A stretch of 64,000 bases of DNA. It comes from Candidatus Eiseniibacteriota bacterium (GTDB lineage Bacteria > Eisenbacteria > RBG-16-71-46 > DASYSL01). The stretch covers positions 2,284 through 66,283 of the forward strand of contig JANPEF010000008.1 of assembly GCA_031431875.1 (NCBI GenBank), given 5' to 3'. A program made the position numbers and the translations under genes. Below are positions 45,095 through 55,327 of the stretch, one piece after another (within the stretch, counting starts at the first letter, position 1; each line of letters opens with the position of its first letter). The notes under the pieces are model-generated. The model was not told the origin of the DNA. It saw nothing but the letters and a program-made list of their open reading frames with translations, and did no database searches.

Positions 45095-45985
45095 TCACGG
45101 CCTCTCATGGGTCGACCTGGATCTCGCGAGGAAGAGCCTTCGCAGCGCTTCCTCCATCGGTATCGGCACATCGATGCCGAGCTGTCGCATCGAGTCCGCA
45201 TTGTCCCATGGGATGAGCGCTTTGAGCCCAAGAACGTTCTCGCGCCGGATCGGGAACGGGATGCGCATGGTCTCGAGCAGCCCCGCGCCCAGCTCGACCA
45301 GACCCAGCGGAACGGGCACGAAGGTGCGCTTCACTCCGAGTCCATCACAGATCGCGAGGTAAAGCTCGCGCATCGTCCGCACGTCCGGATGCGCGACTGC
45401 GAAGCGCCCGGACAGTCCGCGCTCGGCGATCGCCACGATTGCCGCCTCCAGGTCCCCGATCCACAGCGTCTGGATCGGCTGGCACCCGCCGTCGGGCAGC
45501 GGCACGACGCTCGCGTCGCGAAGCAGGGCGGCCATGCTGCCGAACAGCCCGCCGTCCCCGAGCACGAGTCCCAGCTTGAGGATCGCGTCGCGCGACGGGT
45601 CGAACAGCGCCTCGAGCTCGAGCTTGTTGCGCCCGTAGTGGGAAAGCGCGCCCGGATGCGCGGACATCGTCGACAGGTAGACGACGCGCGCCCCATGAGC
45701 GCGCGCCGCGGCGAGCACGTTGCGCGCACCCTCGCGATTGATCGCGTCGGCGTCGGGATGTCCTGGCCCGTACTCGACGAACGCTCCGTGCACCAGCACG
45801 TCGAGTCCGGCGAAGTCGTCGACGTGGACCTGATCCGGCAGGATCAGCGTGTGGACTTCGATGCCGGGAATCGCCTCGCCGGCCGGGGGCCGCTGGAAAG
45901 CGGTGACCGCGAACCCGCGCGCCGCGAGCCCGCGCACGAGGTGCCGGCCGACGAACCCGGTGGCGCCGGTGATGCCGATCCGCAT
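45095..45985 (-). CDS. NAD(P)-dependent epimerase/dehydratase-family SDR
   Basis: 296 aa; MRIGITGATGFVGRHLVRGL… (GxxGxxG), …YGRNK… (YxxxK). Confidence 0.8.
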   Translation of the reverse strand: MRIGITGATGFVGRHLVRGLAARGFAVTAFQRPPAGEAIPGIEVHTLILPDQVHVDDFAGLDVLVHGAFVEYGPGHPDADAINREGARNVLAAARAHGARVVYLSTMSAHPGALSHYGRNKLELEALFDPSRDAILKLGLVLGDGGLFGSMAALLRDASVVPLPDGGCQPIQTLWIGDLEAAIVAIAERGLSGRFAVAHPDVRTMRELYLAICDGLGVKRTFVPVPLGLVELGAGLLETMRIPFPIRRENVLGLKALIPWDNADSMRQLGIDVPIPMEEALRRLFLARSRSTHERP

Positions 45986-45987
45986 GC

Positions 45988-47595
45988 TCACGCGTCGCTC
46001 CCGCGGGCGGCCAGGCGCGACCCGAGGACGTGCGCCCACGCCATCAGCGTGAACGTGAGGCCCCCGCTGGGCAGCGCGAGGAAGCCCGAGCCGTCGGCGA
46101 CGAAGACGCGCCGGGTTCCGGCGAGGCGACCATCCGGGCCGAGCGTTCCGGGCGTCGTGCCGTCGCCGAACGGCAACGTGCCCGCGTAGTGCACGGAGGA
46201 ACCGAGCGGCATCGACTGATGCTTGAGCGCGGGTGCGCCGAGGCGACGCATTGCGGCGAGGATGCGCCGTTCGCAGGCGGCGTCCGCGGCGCGATCCGTC
46301 TCGCTCCGCGAGAGTTGCGACTCCAGTCGGTCGCCGGTCGGCGACGTGGCATCGGGCACGCGACGAAGCCGGTTGCCCGGCGACGGGCGATCCGGATGGT
46401 TGATCGTGACCAGCAGCAGCGCCGGCACGAGCGTGCGGAAGATACCGAGCCCTTCGGCGAGCGCCAGCGGCACCTCTTTCACCAGCTTGAACAGCAGCAG
46501 CGAGCGATAGGTGAAGATCGAGACCATGCGCACATCTTCCCCGGTGCCGCGTGGATCGAGGTACATCTCGACCTGCCCCAGGCTGGTGCGATGCCTTTCG
46601 AGCGCGCGCCCCAGCCGGCGCACGTGCAGGCACGGCGCGATCGTGTAGCCGTTCGTCATCACCGGACGCTCGTCGATGCCGGGGAGCGAGCGCATGGCGA
46701 TGCGGGCGCTGCCCAGCGCTCCCGTACCCAGGATCAGGCGCCGGGCCCGCACAATTTCGTCGGGCCCGGCGTCCAGCGGGCGGACGTGGATCGCGACGTG
46801 GTCTGCAGCCTCCTCGAAGCGGAGCACGAGCACCCCGGAGCGGTACTCGAACCCGGCCTCGCGCCGCAGCGCATCGACCGTCATCCACGGGCGATAGACC
46901 GCGTGGCCGTGATCGGCCCAGTAGTCCATGTCGGTATAGGGTGTCGCGCCACGATCGCCGAGCGACTGCGTCAGCACGGCCATCGGCATCTTGCCCATGT
47001 GCGCGCCCACCGCGCGCAGGGGGCCGCGGTGCCGTGCGTAGGCCGCCCGCAACGCGGCGATGCTGCCGTCCATCACCAGCGGCGGCTGCACCGTCGTCAG
47101 GCCGTTCCCGCAGTAGCGGGTCAGGTCGTCCGGCTCGGCCGCGATGCCGATGCGCTGCGCGACCGCCTCGTAGGCCGGCGTGATCGCGACTGGATCGAGC
47201 CCGGTGGCGCGCAGCTCGGCCGGCGTGTACGCCGCGCAGCCCGCGCCCCAGGCGGCACCGAGGCCGCCGTAGGCGAGGCTCTCCATGCGCGCCAGTGTGC
47301 CGCCGAATGGCAGCCAGCGTTCGGTGTCGGCGATGACGTGGGCACGGGGTGGCGTCAGCGTGTGCGTGGCGGGTCCCCAGGGCACGCCTTCGAAACGATC
47401 GCCCAGGAACCAGCGGTGCTGTTCCGGATCCTCCGCGCGAAGGCTCGAGAAGTCCCGCTCGGGGACCCGCGCGGCGTCCGGGTCACCGCCGCGGCCTCCG
47501 TCGAGCATGAGCACGCGGGCGCCGTTCTCGATCAGCGCGCGAGCGACTGCCGCACCGCTGATACCGGAGCCGACGACGACGTGATCGTGGATCAT
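45988..47595 (-). CDS. GMC-family FAD-dependent oxidoreductase
   Basis: 535 aa from ATG 47595; [32 protein letters not shown] (FAD-binding βαβ). C-terminal GMC region …ADGSGFLALPSGGLTFTLMAWAH…. Confidence 0.8.
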   Translation of the reverse strand: MIHDHVVVGSGISGAAVARALIENGARVLMLDGGRGGDPDAARVPERDFSSLRAEDPEQHRWFLGDRFEGVPWGPATHTLTPPRAHVIADTERWLPFGGTLARMESLAYGGLGAAWGAGCAAYTPAELRATGLDPVAITPAYEAVAQRIGIAAEPDDLTRYCGNGLTTVQPPLVMDGSIAALRAAYARHRGPLRAVGAHMGKMPMAVLTQSLGDRGATPYTDMDYWADHGHAVYRPWMTVDALRREAGFEYRSGVLVLRFEEAADHVAIHVRPLDAGPDEIVRARRLILGTGALGSARIAMRSLPGIDERPVMTNGYTIAPCLHVRRLGRALERHRTSLGQVEMYLDPRGTGEDVRMVSIFTYRSLLLFKLVKEVPLALAEGLGIFRTLVPALLLVTINHPDRPSPGNRLRRVPDATSPTGDRLESQLSRSETDRAADAACERRILAAMRRLGAPALKHQSMPLGSSVHYAGTLPFGDGTTPGTLGPDGRLAGTRRVFVADGSGFLALPSGGLTFTLMAWAHVLGSRLAARGSDA

Positions 47596-48029
47596 CGCGT
47601 CGTCGCCCGGATGCCGGCCACGAGGGCGAGACCAAGCAGCGCGCGCAGCGCGCCGCGGACTCCGTGCCACGCAAGGGCCGCAAGCGCAGCCATCGGCGGG
47701 GTGTCGCGCGCCTCGAAGCGCGCGACATGGCTCGGCGAGGCCTCGAGCACCGCGAGCATCAGGTAGAGGCGGTGTCGAACGGGGGACCACGGGTCGAGCA
47801 GCGCCAGACCCGCGTCGACGAGGCCCATCCACGGTCCGCCGCGCCGGGCAAGCGCCCACAGGCGGCGGTCGACTGGTCGATCGAGCGGCAGCGCGACGAG
47901 TGCAACCGCACGTCGCCAGCGTTCGATCTCGAACGGATCCGGATCCTCGCCGATCAGGCCGTGCGCGATGCGCCGCGCATCGTCCGCGCCGGGTGCCGAC
48001 GGGCTCGAGGTGGCCGCGGCGGAACTCAT
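47592..48029 (-). CDS. small hypothetical protein
   Basis: 145 aa ORF. Exactly bridged by ATGA overlaps to both neighbours (48026-48029 and 47592-47595). Non-biased, hydrophobic-rich sequence. No family recognised. Confidence 0.35.
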   Translation of the reverse strand: MSSAAATSSPSAPGADDARRIAHGLIGEDPDPFEIERWRRAVALVALPLDRPVDRRLWALARRGGPWMGLVDAGLALLDPWSPVRHRLYLMLAVLEASPSHVARFEARDTPPMAALAALAWHGVRGALRALLGLALVAGIRATTR

Positions 48030-48547
48030 GCCAGCGTCTTCACGACCCGGGCCGGCACGCCGGCGACGACCGTGTGCGGCGGGACATCCCGCGTGACGAC
48101 CGCACCGGCGGCCACGACCGCACCTTCGCCCACGGTCACCCCGGGCAGGAGAATCGCGCCGGCGCCCACGTACGAGCGGCGGCGCAGGATCACCGGGGCC
48201 ACGGTGCCGTCGAGCTGGCCGGGCTCGATGCGATCCATCCTTCGCGCGTCGTCGTGGACGATCACGATGACGCGGAACGAGATCACGACGTCGTCCTCGA
48301 GAACGATCAGTTCGGGGAACTGGTCGTCGAGCCAGGAATCCATGCCGATGTAGACGTGATCGCCGACGTGGATGCCCATGGCGCGATACAGCGCGACGCG
48401 CAGGCCCCCGTGGATGCAGAAACGCGCCAGCATGTGCAGCGTCTTCTGGGCGAATACAGTGAAGATTCCTCGTGGCGCGATCCGCTGCTCGTACTCGCGG
48501 CGCTCCGTGCGGGCGGTGATCGGCGGGGCGGACACGACGGGGCTCAT
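48026..48547 (-). CDS. hexapeptide-repeat (left-handed β-helix) acetyltransferase
   Basis: 173 aa from ATG 48547. …[46 protein letters not shown]… (LβH repeats; LacA/NodL/CysE-like). Confidence 0.8.
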   Translation of the reverse strand: MSPVVSAPPITARTERREYEQRIAPRGIFTVFAQKTLHMLARFCIHGGLRVALYRAMGIHVGDHVYIGMDSWLDDQFPELIVLEDDVVISFRVIVIVHDDARRMDRIEPGQLDGTVAPVILRRRSYVGAGAILLPGVTVGEGAVVAAGAVVTRDVPPHTVVAGVPARVVKTLA

Positions 48548-48960
48548 GGCCGGGGCGCGGAATCGCGCTCGTCCTGCATTGCCTTGAGTTCGCTGGCGAG
48601 GATGCCGACGTCCTGGATCAGCGCCTTGTTCTGCTCCTTGAGGTGCGAGATCACCGTGCTGAAGTGGAACTGGAGCAGCAGGATCATCAGGATCGCGATC
48701 AGGAACAGGAACGCCGGCGGGTAGTAGATGCCCACCAGGTGCGAGAGCTGTTCGATCCCGTGGATGAAGATCGCCGACAAGCACAACACCACGGATGCGA
48801 TGACCCAAAGCAGCGCATACTGCTCGCGCAGCTGCTTCTTGCGCACCAGATTCAGAATGAAGAGCAGGATCCCGAGGCCGGCGAGAAAGACGAAGACGCG
48901 CGTACGGAGCTGGATCCCGACGACCGGAACCGTGGGCAGAGACTGCATGGGAATCAGCAT
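48544..48960 (-). CDS. second DUF2304-like small membrane protein
   Basis: 138 aa. Three TM helices (…[18 protein letters not shown]…[17 protein letters not shown]…[20 protein letters not shown]…) plus a C-terminal coiled tail. Same architecture as 18110..18475. Noticeably lower GC than its neighbours. Confidence 0.6.
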   Translation of the reverse strand: MLIPMQSLPTVPVVGIQLRTRVFVFLAGLGILLFILNLVRKKQLREQYALLWVIASVVLCLSAIFIHGIEQLSHLVGIYYPPAFLFLIAILMILLLQFHFSTVISHLKEQNKALIQDVGILASELKAMQDERDSAPRP

Positions 48961-48973
48961 TGGCTCCTCCTTC

Positions 48974-49843
48974 CTACGCGGCGCGGCGCAGGTGGCCGCC
49001 GCGTTCGAGGATGTCGATCATCGGCTCGCAGCGGTGGCGCGAGAGAATCCGCTCCAGGCGCCCGGGTACGGCGTGCAGGTTGTGATAGGTGATGAACGCA
49101 TCGACCGCGCCAAGCGCGACGCGCGGCACGTCCGACACCCACTCCCACGGATGGACGAACAGCGATGCCGGCCGCTGCTGCACGTAGGAAGCGAGAGCGG
49201 CCTCGAAGACGAAACGGGGCAACGCTCGCAGGTAGAAGCCGCCGGCGATGGGCACGCGCAGCCCGGCCACCTCGTGCACCGCCACGGGGAACTCGACGAG
49301 CGCCCCGGCCGGATCGTGGCGCCCCAGGTCGTCGGCCGCCGGGCGGTAGATGCCCAGCGGCGCACCGGCGACGCCATAGAGCTTCACCTTGAGCGGAAAG
49401 ATGCTCGAGTCGTAGGTGAATCCCTCGTCCCGCAGCACCTCGAGCCCCCACGCGGTCGTCCGGTCGATGCTGAACGTCGGGGCGCGGAAGCCCACGACCG
49501 GATCGGCGCCCAGCGCATCCTTCACCGCGCGACGGAAATCGCGCAGCTCGGCGCGAAAACTCTCGCGATCGAGCCGCCACAGCGACGTGTGCGAAAAGCC
49601 GTGGCTGGCGAGCTCGTGGCCCTCGTCGACGATGCGGCGCACCAGGTCGGGGTGCTGCGCCGCGACATCGCCCAGCACGAAGAACGTGGAGTGGGCACGG
49701 TGACGTCGCAGCAGGTCGAGCAGTTCCATCGTGCCCTGCCGGACGACCGAGCGGCGATCGTCCTTCGCCACGTGGGCGCGGACCAGCTCGGGGTGGTACC
49801 AGTCCTCGATGTCGAAGGTGAGCGACGCGGGCTGCGCGGTCAT
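48974..49843 (-). CDS. polysaccharide deacetylase (CE4/NodB homology)
   Basis: 289 aa; MTAQPASLTFDIEDWYHPEL… (DxEDW motif 1), …ELASHGFSH… (motif 2). Resembles the deacetylase subfamily seen in exosortase-associated EPS loci (from memory). Confidence 0.85.
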   Translation of the reverse strand: MTAQPASLTFDIEDWYHPELVRAHVAKDDRRSVVRQGTMELLDLLRRHRAHSTFFVLGDVAAQHPDLVRRIVDEGHELASHGFSHTSLWRLDRESFRAELRDFRRAVKDALGADPVVGFRAPTFSIDRTTAWGLEVLRDEGFTYDSSIFPLKVKLYGVAGAPLGIYRPAADDLGRHDPAGALVEFPVAVHEVAGLRVPIAGGFYLRALPRFVFEAALASYVQQRPASLFVHPWEWVSDVPRVALGAVDAFITYHNLHAVPGRLERILSRHRCEPMIDILERGGHLRRAA

Positions 49844-50658
49844 CGCGACGCCTCGATCGGCACGCGCAGCACCTTGCGGCGCAGGAGGACCATGAGGATC
49901 GACAGCATCATCTTCGAGACGTAGTAGAACGCCTTCAGGTTGGAGTGCATCGACGTCCCGGCGGTGCGCGCCTGCATGACGACGGGCACCTCGAGGACGC
50001 GGAACCCAGCGAGGTTGAGCAGGATGATCGTGTCGGCGTCGGGGAAGTCGCTCGGGTAGTTGTCGCGGGCGAAGAAGCGCAACACCTTCGAGTTCATCGC
50101 CTGGTATCCCGATGTCGGATCCGAGAACGTCTTGCGCGTGACGAACGTCACGATCGCGCCGAAGACGGCCATGCCCAGGCGGCGCGGCAGCGGGATCGGG
50201 TAGTTCGCGTGCCCGGTGAATCGCGAGCCGATCGCCACGTCTGCCTCGCCGCGCGCGACCGGAGCGAACAGGCCCGCGGCGGACTTCGGATCGTGCTGAC
50301 CGTCGGCGTCGATCTGGATGACGAACTCGTAGCCCTTCGTGAGCGCGTACTTGAACCCGGTCTGGACGGCGCCGCCGTACCCGAGGTTGCACGGCAGGTC
50401 GACGACGTCGGCGCGGCACTCGGCGGCGATCGTCGTCGTCCGGTCGGTGGAGAAGTCGCTGATCACGACGATCTTCACGCCTGGCAGTTCGCTCCGGATC
50501 GAGGCGATGGTCGGCCCCAGGCTCGCTTCCTCGTTGTGGGCCGGGATGACGACCAGCAGGCGGCCGGCCGCAAGCGCCGCGGTGACGGCCGGATCGGGGG
50601 CCTCGGCCGCGGCAGGCACGTGCGGGGCGGCTCCCGTGGGGGCGGGGGCTGCGGTCAA
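49840..50658 (-). CDS. GT2 polyprenyl-phosphate glycosyltransferase (DPM1/GtrB-like)
   Basis: 272 aa from TTG 50658 (GGAGGA RBS; TTGA overlap with the upstream stop). …LLVVIPAHNEEASLGPT…ISDFSTDRT…QIDADGQHDP…. An alternative GTG start lies 20 codons downstream. Confidence 0.8.
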   Translation of the reverse strand: MTAAPAPTGAAPHVPAAAEAPDPAVTAALAAGRLLVVIPAHNEEASLGPTIASIRSELPGVKIVVISDFSTDRTTTIAAECRADVVDLPCNLGYGGAVQTGFKYALTKGYEFVIQIDADGQHDPKSAAGLFAPVARGEADVAIGSRFTGHANYPIPLPRRLGMAVFGAIVTFVTRKTFSDPTSGYQAMNSKVLRFFARDNYPSDFPDADTIILLNLAGFRVLEVPVVMQARTAGTSMHSNLKAFYYVSKMMLSILMVLLRRKVLRVPIEASR

Positions 50659-52733
50659 GGTCGGGATCCTCCGGCTGGGGTGGGGGACGGCGTCTCCGGG
50701 CGCAGAGGGCGCAGACCGAAGATGCGCACGCCCGCATGATCGTACACCAGGTCGAAGCCCTCGCCCAAGGTCGCGGGCAGGGGATGGGGCTCCGGGGGCA
50801 GTCCGGGCTTGGCCCGGTTGGCGCGATAGACGACGTACACCGGGGCCGCCAGGCGTCGCAGGACACTGCGTGTGTTCGCCATCCCGGCCCGTTCTCCGTA
50901 GAGATCGATCATGACGGCATGGCGTTCGGCGATCTGATCGGCCGGGAACGCGGCACGTGTCGGCCCCAATGGCGAGCCGCAGAACAGGCGACGCGGCGCC
51001 AGGACCATGATCGCGTCGCGGAACTCGGAATCGACGACGATCGACTCCCGCGGCGTCTCGCGCGCCAGCCACGCGTAGGCCGCACGTTCCGCCGCGCCGG
51101 CCTCGATCTCGGACGGGTAGCCCACGGTCGGGGCGAGCGCCATCGCCTGGATCGCAAGGAGGGGAACGGCGGCAAAGAGCGCGGCGAATACCAGTGCCGC
51201 AGCGGCGCGTCCCCGCCGGCGAGCGATTCCGGCCAACCAAGGGGCGAGCGCGCCGCCCGCGAACAGCGCCAGGCCGAAATGAACCTGGAACGCGAACTTC
51301 GATTCGTTGTCTTCGGGCAGGTTGACGATCGCGGCGAACGCGAGCATGCCGAGCGTCCACACGACGAGGAATGCTCCGGTCGCGTGCGCGCGGGCCAGGC
51401 GCCGCGCCGGCGCGAACGCGAGCGCGCCGACTACGATGCTCGCCGTGCCGAGCGTCCACAGCATCTGCGGCTGCGGCGCGAGGAACGCGTGCTGGAGCCC
51501 GGATTTTCCGGCGCTCCATCCCGCCGAGATCGCGCGTGTGTAGGGCAGGCCGGCGAGCGCGCCGACGGCGAGCGCAGCCAACGCGGCGACCGTGCGCCCG
51601 CGCCCCGGCGCCGGCAGCCCGATCGACGGCAGCACGAAGGCGACCACGAGCGCGCCCACCGTCACCGGGATCGCCGACAGGCCGACCACGCCGTGGAACA
51701 GGAGCTGGCCCAGCGCGGCGAGCGCGACGACGGGCAGCCACGCGCGCGATCCGCCCGCGAGCCAGCGCACGACGGCGAGCAGCATGAGCAGCATCATGAT
51801 CCACGAGTAGTTGAGTGCGGTGCCCAAGGTGACCTTGTCGAACACGTTGACCATGTGCGCGAACGGGGCGGTCAGGTCGTAGAGGATCCGCCACGAGCCG
51901 AATCCCGGGACGTGGTATTCGGCAAGGACCGCGTCGAGGCCCCGCACGTTGCCGGTGAGGCCCTTGAGGCCGACCAGCGGGGCGAGGATCCACGCGCCCG
52001 CGGCGAGGCCGCCGAGCGCGACCACGGCCGCCCCGAACGCGTCGGCCGCGCGGCCCCATAGGGCGTGGCCCAGCGCGAAGACCAGCCCGACCAGTACGGC
52101 AGTGTCTGCGACGTTGAGCATGGCCATGAACGCGAACGGATCCTGTCGGTGGAACGAGCACAGGAGCCCGATGAACCAGTTGTAGAACCACACGTAGTTG
52201 AGCGTCAGGCCCGCGAAGCGCGGATCCTGCGGCGGGAAGCCGAGGTCGAGTACGTCCCACACGATGCCGGCATGGACCCACGAGTCAGAGCGCACCCGCG
52301 CCAGGACGTTGACCAGCGGCGGAATCGCGACCAGCAGCGCGGTGCCGATCGCAAGGAGGGTCGCACGGCGCACCCAGCGCGTTTCGTCCCCGGCCGGCGC
52401 GGGCTTCGGCGCGCGGCTCGTCCGTGCCTCGGCCACGATCCACACGAGGCCCGCTCCGAGCGCGATCGCGCGCGCCGCGGCCACCGGCGCCATGCCGAGG
52501 ATGACCAGCAGCCAGCCGAGGGTCGAGGCGACCAGGGGCGCGAGCGCGAGTCCGACAACCGCACGCAGACGCCGTGAGCCGGACGGGAACAGGACGCCGA
52601 CGAGCGCCATGCCCGGGAGCACGCCGAGGGCGGGATACAGCGCGAGCATGGGCAGCGCGTGCGTCCCACCGACGGCGGCGCCGGCGGCGGCCACCGCGCA
52701 GGTGAGCAGGGCAACGAGCAGGCCGGGCTTCAC
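50655..52733 (-). CDS. large polytopic membrane protein, paralog C (putative GT-C-like glycosyltransferase/polymerase)
   Basis: 692 aa from GTG 52733 (GGAGG RBS, GTGA overlap). Loop motif …SDSWVHAGIVWDVLDLGFPPQDPRFAGLTLNYVWFYNWF… is shared with 23538 and 25727. The first ~225 aa of the 917-aa track ORF are Arg-rich and were rejected. Confidence 0.6.
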   Translation of the reverse strand: MKPGLLVALLTCAVAAAGAAVGGTHALPMLALYPALGVLPGMALVGVLFPSGSRRLRAVVGLALAPLVASTLGWLLVILGMAPVAAARAIALGAGLVWIVAEARTSRAPKPAPAGDETRWVRRATLLAIGTALLVAIPPLVNVLARVRSDSWVHAGIVWDVLDLGFPPQDPRFAGLTLNYVWFYNWFIGLLCSFHRQDPFAFMAMLNVADTAVLVGLVFALGHALWGRAADAFGAAVVALGGLAAGAWILAPLVGLKGLTGNVRGLDAVLAEYHVPGFGSWRILYDLTAPFAHMVNVFDKVTLGTALNYSWIMMLLMLLAVVRWLAGGSRAWLPVVALAALGQLLFHGVVGLSAIPVTVGALVVAFVLPSIGLPAPGRGRTVAALAALAVGALAGLPYTRAISAGWSAGKSGLQHAFLAPQPQMLWTLGTASIVVGALAFAPARRLARAHATGAFLVVWTLGMLAFAAIVNLPEDNESKFAFQVHFGLALFAGGALAPWLAGIARRRGRAAAALVFAALFAAVPLLAIQAMALAPTVGYPSEIEAGAAERAAYAWLARETPRESIVVDSEFRDAIMVLAPRRLFCGSPLGPTRAAFPADQIAERHAVMIDLYGERAGMANTRSVLRRLAAPVYVVYRANRAKPGLPPEPHPLPATLGEGFDLVYDHAGVRIFGLRPLRPETPSPTPAGGSRP

Positions 52734-53743
52734 AGCGCCTCCGGAAACAGGCGGCGCGCACGCGGGCCGACCGCGCGCGTCACCGCCAGCGGCAGGCGCT
52801 GCCAGATGCGCACGGCGAGGTCGAGCGACGACTTCTGTGCCGCGAGCGTCGGCACCTCCTGCGCCGTGCCCAGCGCGTACTGGTAGGCGAGCGGTTGCGG
52901 TGCGGCACCGTATTGCACCTTGAAGCGGTACGTACCCGCTCCGGGTTGGCTGCGCCCGAAGTCGAAGCGCCGCGCGCCGGCGGCGATCGCGCCGCGGACC
53001 GCCTCCCAGTAGAGGAGGTTGTTCGGGCACAGGGCGAAGAAGCGGCGCAGCGACGAGGCCCACGGGTCGGTGATCGTCGCGCCGTGGGCGACGGTGAACA
53101 TGCCGCCGATCGGCCGGTCGCCCAACCAGACCACGAGCAGGTCGGCGTCGTCGCCGTACAGCGCGAGGGCCCGCGCGAAGTAGCGTACCTCCATCGCGGG
53201 CGTGCCGAGGTCGCGCATGTTCTCGGAAAACACGCGGTGGAACGCATCGACCTGGTCGCGGCCGCGCGTGCAGTGCAGGCCGGACTTCTCGGCCTTGCGG
53301 ATCTGGTTCCGGAGCTTCGCGTCGAAGCGCTTCCACTGGGCGTCGGCGTCGTCGGCGAGTTCGAGCACGAGGGTTGCGTGCTCGGGATTGGTCGCGAGTC
53401 CGGGCCACGCGCGGGCCTGGTCGCGCAGCTCGAGCCAGCGAAGGCCCTCGCGTGCCACATCGGCGCGGGCGTGTTCGATCAGCGCCGCCGCGGCCACGTC
53501 ATCCTCGGCGAGGAGTCCGCCCGGGGCCGAGAACAGCGTGTCCTTGCCGCGGAACAGCGGCAGGACGCCGACGATCTGTTCCGCGGCGTCATGCGCCATC
53601 CACCACCGCGCCTCGACACCGAAGAACTCGCTGGTCAGGGTCCGCCACGCGGTGCGCTGAGCGAAGTGGGAGCCGGGGCGGGCGAGGACATAGCTGTCCC
53701 AGGCGGTCGCGTCGGAGGCCGTCAGCGGCCGGACGTCGATCAC
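52730..53743 (-). CDS. FemAB-like (GNAT-fold) protein, EPS-locus type
   Basis: 337 aa from GTG 53743 (VIDVRPLTASDATAWDSYVLARPGSHFAQRTAWRTL…). Size and N-terminus resemble the FemAB-related proteins found in exosortase/PEP-CTERM loci (from memory). The upstream Arg-rich 228 aa were rejected. Confidence 0.65.
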   Translation of the reverse strand: MIDVRPLTASDATAWDSYVLARPGSHFAQRTAWRTLTSEFFGVEARWWMAHDAAEQIVGVLPLFRGKDTLFSAPGGLLAEDDVAAAALIEHARADVAREGLRWLELRDQARAWPGLATNPEHATLVLELADDADAQWKRFDAKLRNQIRKAEKSGLHCTRGRDQVDAFHRVFSENMRDLGTPAMEVRYFARALALYGDDADLLVVWLGDRPIGGMFTVAHGATITDPWASSLRRFFALCPNNLLYWEAVRGAIAAGARRFDFGRSQPGAGTYRFKVQYGAAPQPLAYQYALGTAQEVPTLAAQKSSLDLAVRIWQRLPLAVTRAVGPRARRLFPEAL

Positions 53744-55323
53744 GGCAGGGGCACGGCGGGTCGCTGCGACACTCGCGGCACCGCGGGGCGCTGCGCGACA
53801 CGCTGCGGAACCGTCGAACCGCGGGCAGCGTCCGGCGTCGGCTCCGCCAGCGCGGGCACGAGGCGCAGACCGGCCTCGCGCCGGGCGACCCGGCCGATTG
53901 CGAATACCAGCCCGAACAGGAACCAGACGAAAAACGAGTACGTCCCGTTCCGGAGGTAGTCGATCTTGATCTGATCGATGATGAAGGTGAAGAGCATGAC
54001 CCGGGTGAGCAGGGTCGCCCCCTCGATGTACGTGCCGCTCCCGAGACTGGGAGCGAGGGGCCGGCTCGTCTTCCACAGGCTCCACAGGAACCAGAGGAAG
54101 AACGCCAGGCCGAAGACCCCGACGATGTAGGCGTAGAAGATGTAGACGTTGTGCGGCCAGTACTGCGCGTGCACGCCGATGCGCGGTGCCATGTAGGGGC
54201 CATGACCGATCCAGGGCTCCTTGAGGACGCTCTCGAACGACTGAGCCCAGACCTCGGAGCGCGTCTCGGGAACGACGCCCTTCATCTCGGTCCCGGAGAG
54301 TCGTTCGAGCACCGAGTCCCCATTGGTAAAGTTCGCGACGATGTAGTCGGCGCCGAGGATCAGCGGAATGGCGAGGGCGAAGACCATGACGAGCCGGACG
54401 AAGTTCAGCCGGGTCCGCGACAACCACATCAGGTAGACCGCGCCGACCGAGAACGACAGGAGCGCACCGCGCGTCACGGTGGAGAACAGGCAGAAGAGTG
54501 TCAGTCCCATGATTCCGGCGATCGCGAAGCGCCTCGACTGCGTGGCGGCCCGGGTGAACAGGAACATCTGGAGGAAGAGGTTGAGCGCGCAGTACTCGCC
54601 GAACAGTTCGTAGTCGAGGAAAGTGCTGCCGACGCGCACGCCGCTGCCTTGCCCGCCCACGGTTCCCGCGAACGAGATCCAGCCCGGGATCAGCGTGGCC
54701 CCCGGGTGCCGCTGCTCATACAGCGCGAACAGGCAGACCATCACGCACGAGATGGTCTGGACCAGGAACAGCTTCTTCACGTCCGCCGTCGAGCGGACGA
54801 TGGCGACGACCATGTAGTAGATCAGCAGGTACGTGAGGAAGCCCATGAAGAGCCCCCACGCGACCGAGAAGTACTGCGGCTGCACGTTGTAGAACGAGAT
54901 GCAGTAGGCCATGACGAGCCCGAGGATGGGGACGTCGAGCGGCGTGCGACCGGGCGGCTCGATTCGGCGGGTGCTCACGCGGAACAGCCAGACGATGAAG
55001 ATGAGGAGGATGAACGCGACGTTCGTGTTGCCGTAGCTCGTGCCCTTGGGGAAGGGGAGGAAGAGCGCGGCGAGCATGAGGCCGTCGATCGAGCTGAAGC
55101 GGAAGGCGAGCAGGACGATGATGCCGCCGGCGAACAGCTGGAGCACGCGGGCGTCGGGCTCGAGGAACTGCATGCCGGCGAGAATCGCCGCGGCCAGAAT
55201 GGCGGCGAACGTGAACGTCCGTCCGGCGAACCCTTCCGGGAATCGCCGTCCGATCGTCGCTCCCAGGGACTTCAGCGCGTCGAACACAGACACCGTGCTC
55301 CCCCGGGGGCCGTGGCGGCCCAC
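53740..55323 (-). CDS. O-antigen ligase / Wzy-like polymerase family membrane protein
   Basis: 527 aa, ~12 TM helices (…FILLIFIVWLFRVSTRR…VYLMWLSRTRLNFVRLVMVFALAIPLI…). GTG 55323 lies 4 nt after the upstream GT2 stop; an alternative GTG at 55293 has a GGGGGAG RBS. Lower-GC, hydrophobic coding region. Confidence 0.75.
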   Translation of the reverse strand: MGRHGPRGSTVSVFDALKSLGATIGRRFPEGFAGRTFTFAAILAAAILAGMQFLEPDARVLQLFAGGIIVLLAFRFSSIDGLMLAALFLPFPKGTSYGNTNVAFILLIFIVWLFRVSTRRIEPPGRTPLDVPILGLVMAYCISFYNVQPQYFSVAWGLFMGFLTYLLIYYMVVAIVRSTADVKKLFLVQTISCVMVCLFALYEQRHPGATLIPGWISFAGTVGGQGSGVRVGSTFLDYELFGEYCALNLFLQMFLFTRAATQSRRFAIAGIMGLTLFCLFSTVTRGALLSFSVGAVYLMWLSRTRLNFVRLVMVFALAIPLILGADYIVANFTNGDSVLERLSGTEMKGVVPETRSEVWAQSFESVLKEPWIGHGPYMAPRIGVHAQYWPHNVYIFYAYIVGVFGLAFFLWFLWSLWKTSRPLAPSLGSGTYIEGATLLTRVMLFTFIIDQIKIDYLRNGTYSFFVWFLFGLVFAIGRVARREAGLRLVPALAEPTPDAARGSTVPQRVAQRPAVPRVSQRPAVPLP

Positions 55324-55327
55324 CGGC

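Noticed and set aside
49844-53408. Upstream extensions of the minus-strand ORFs 48974..50866, 49840..52281 and 50655..53408.
   Set aside because: In each case only the C-terminal part shows protein-like composition and motifs (deacetylase, GT2, membrane paralog C). The extensions are Arg-rich and overlap the neighbouring real gene in another frame.
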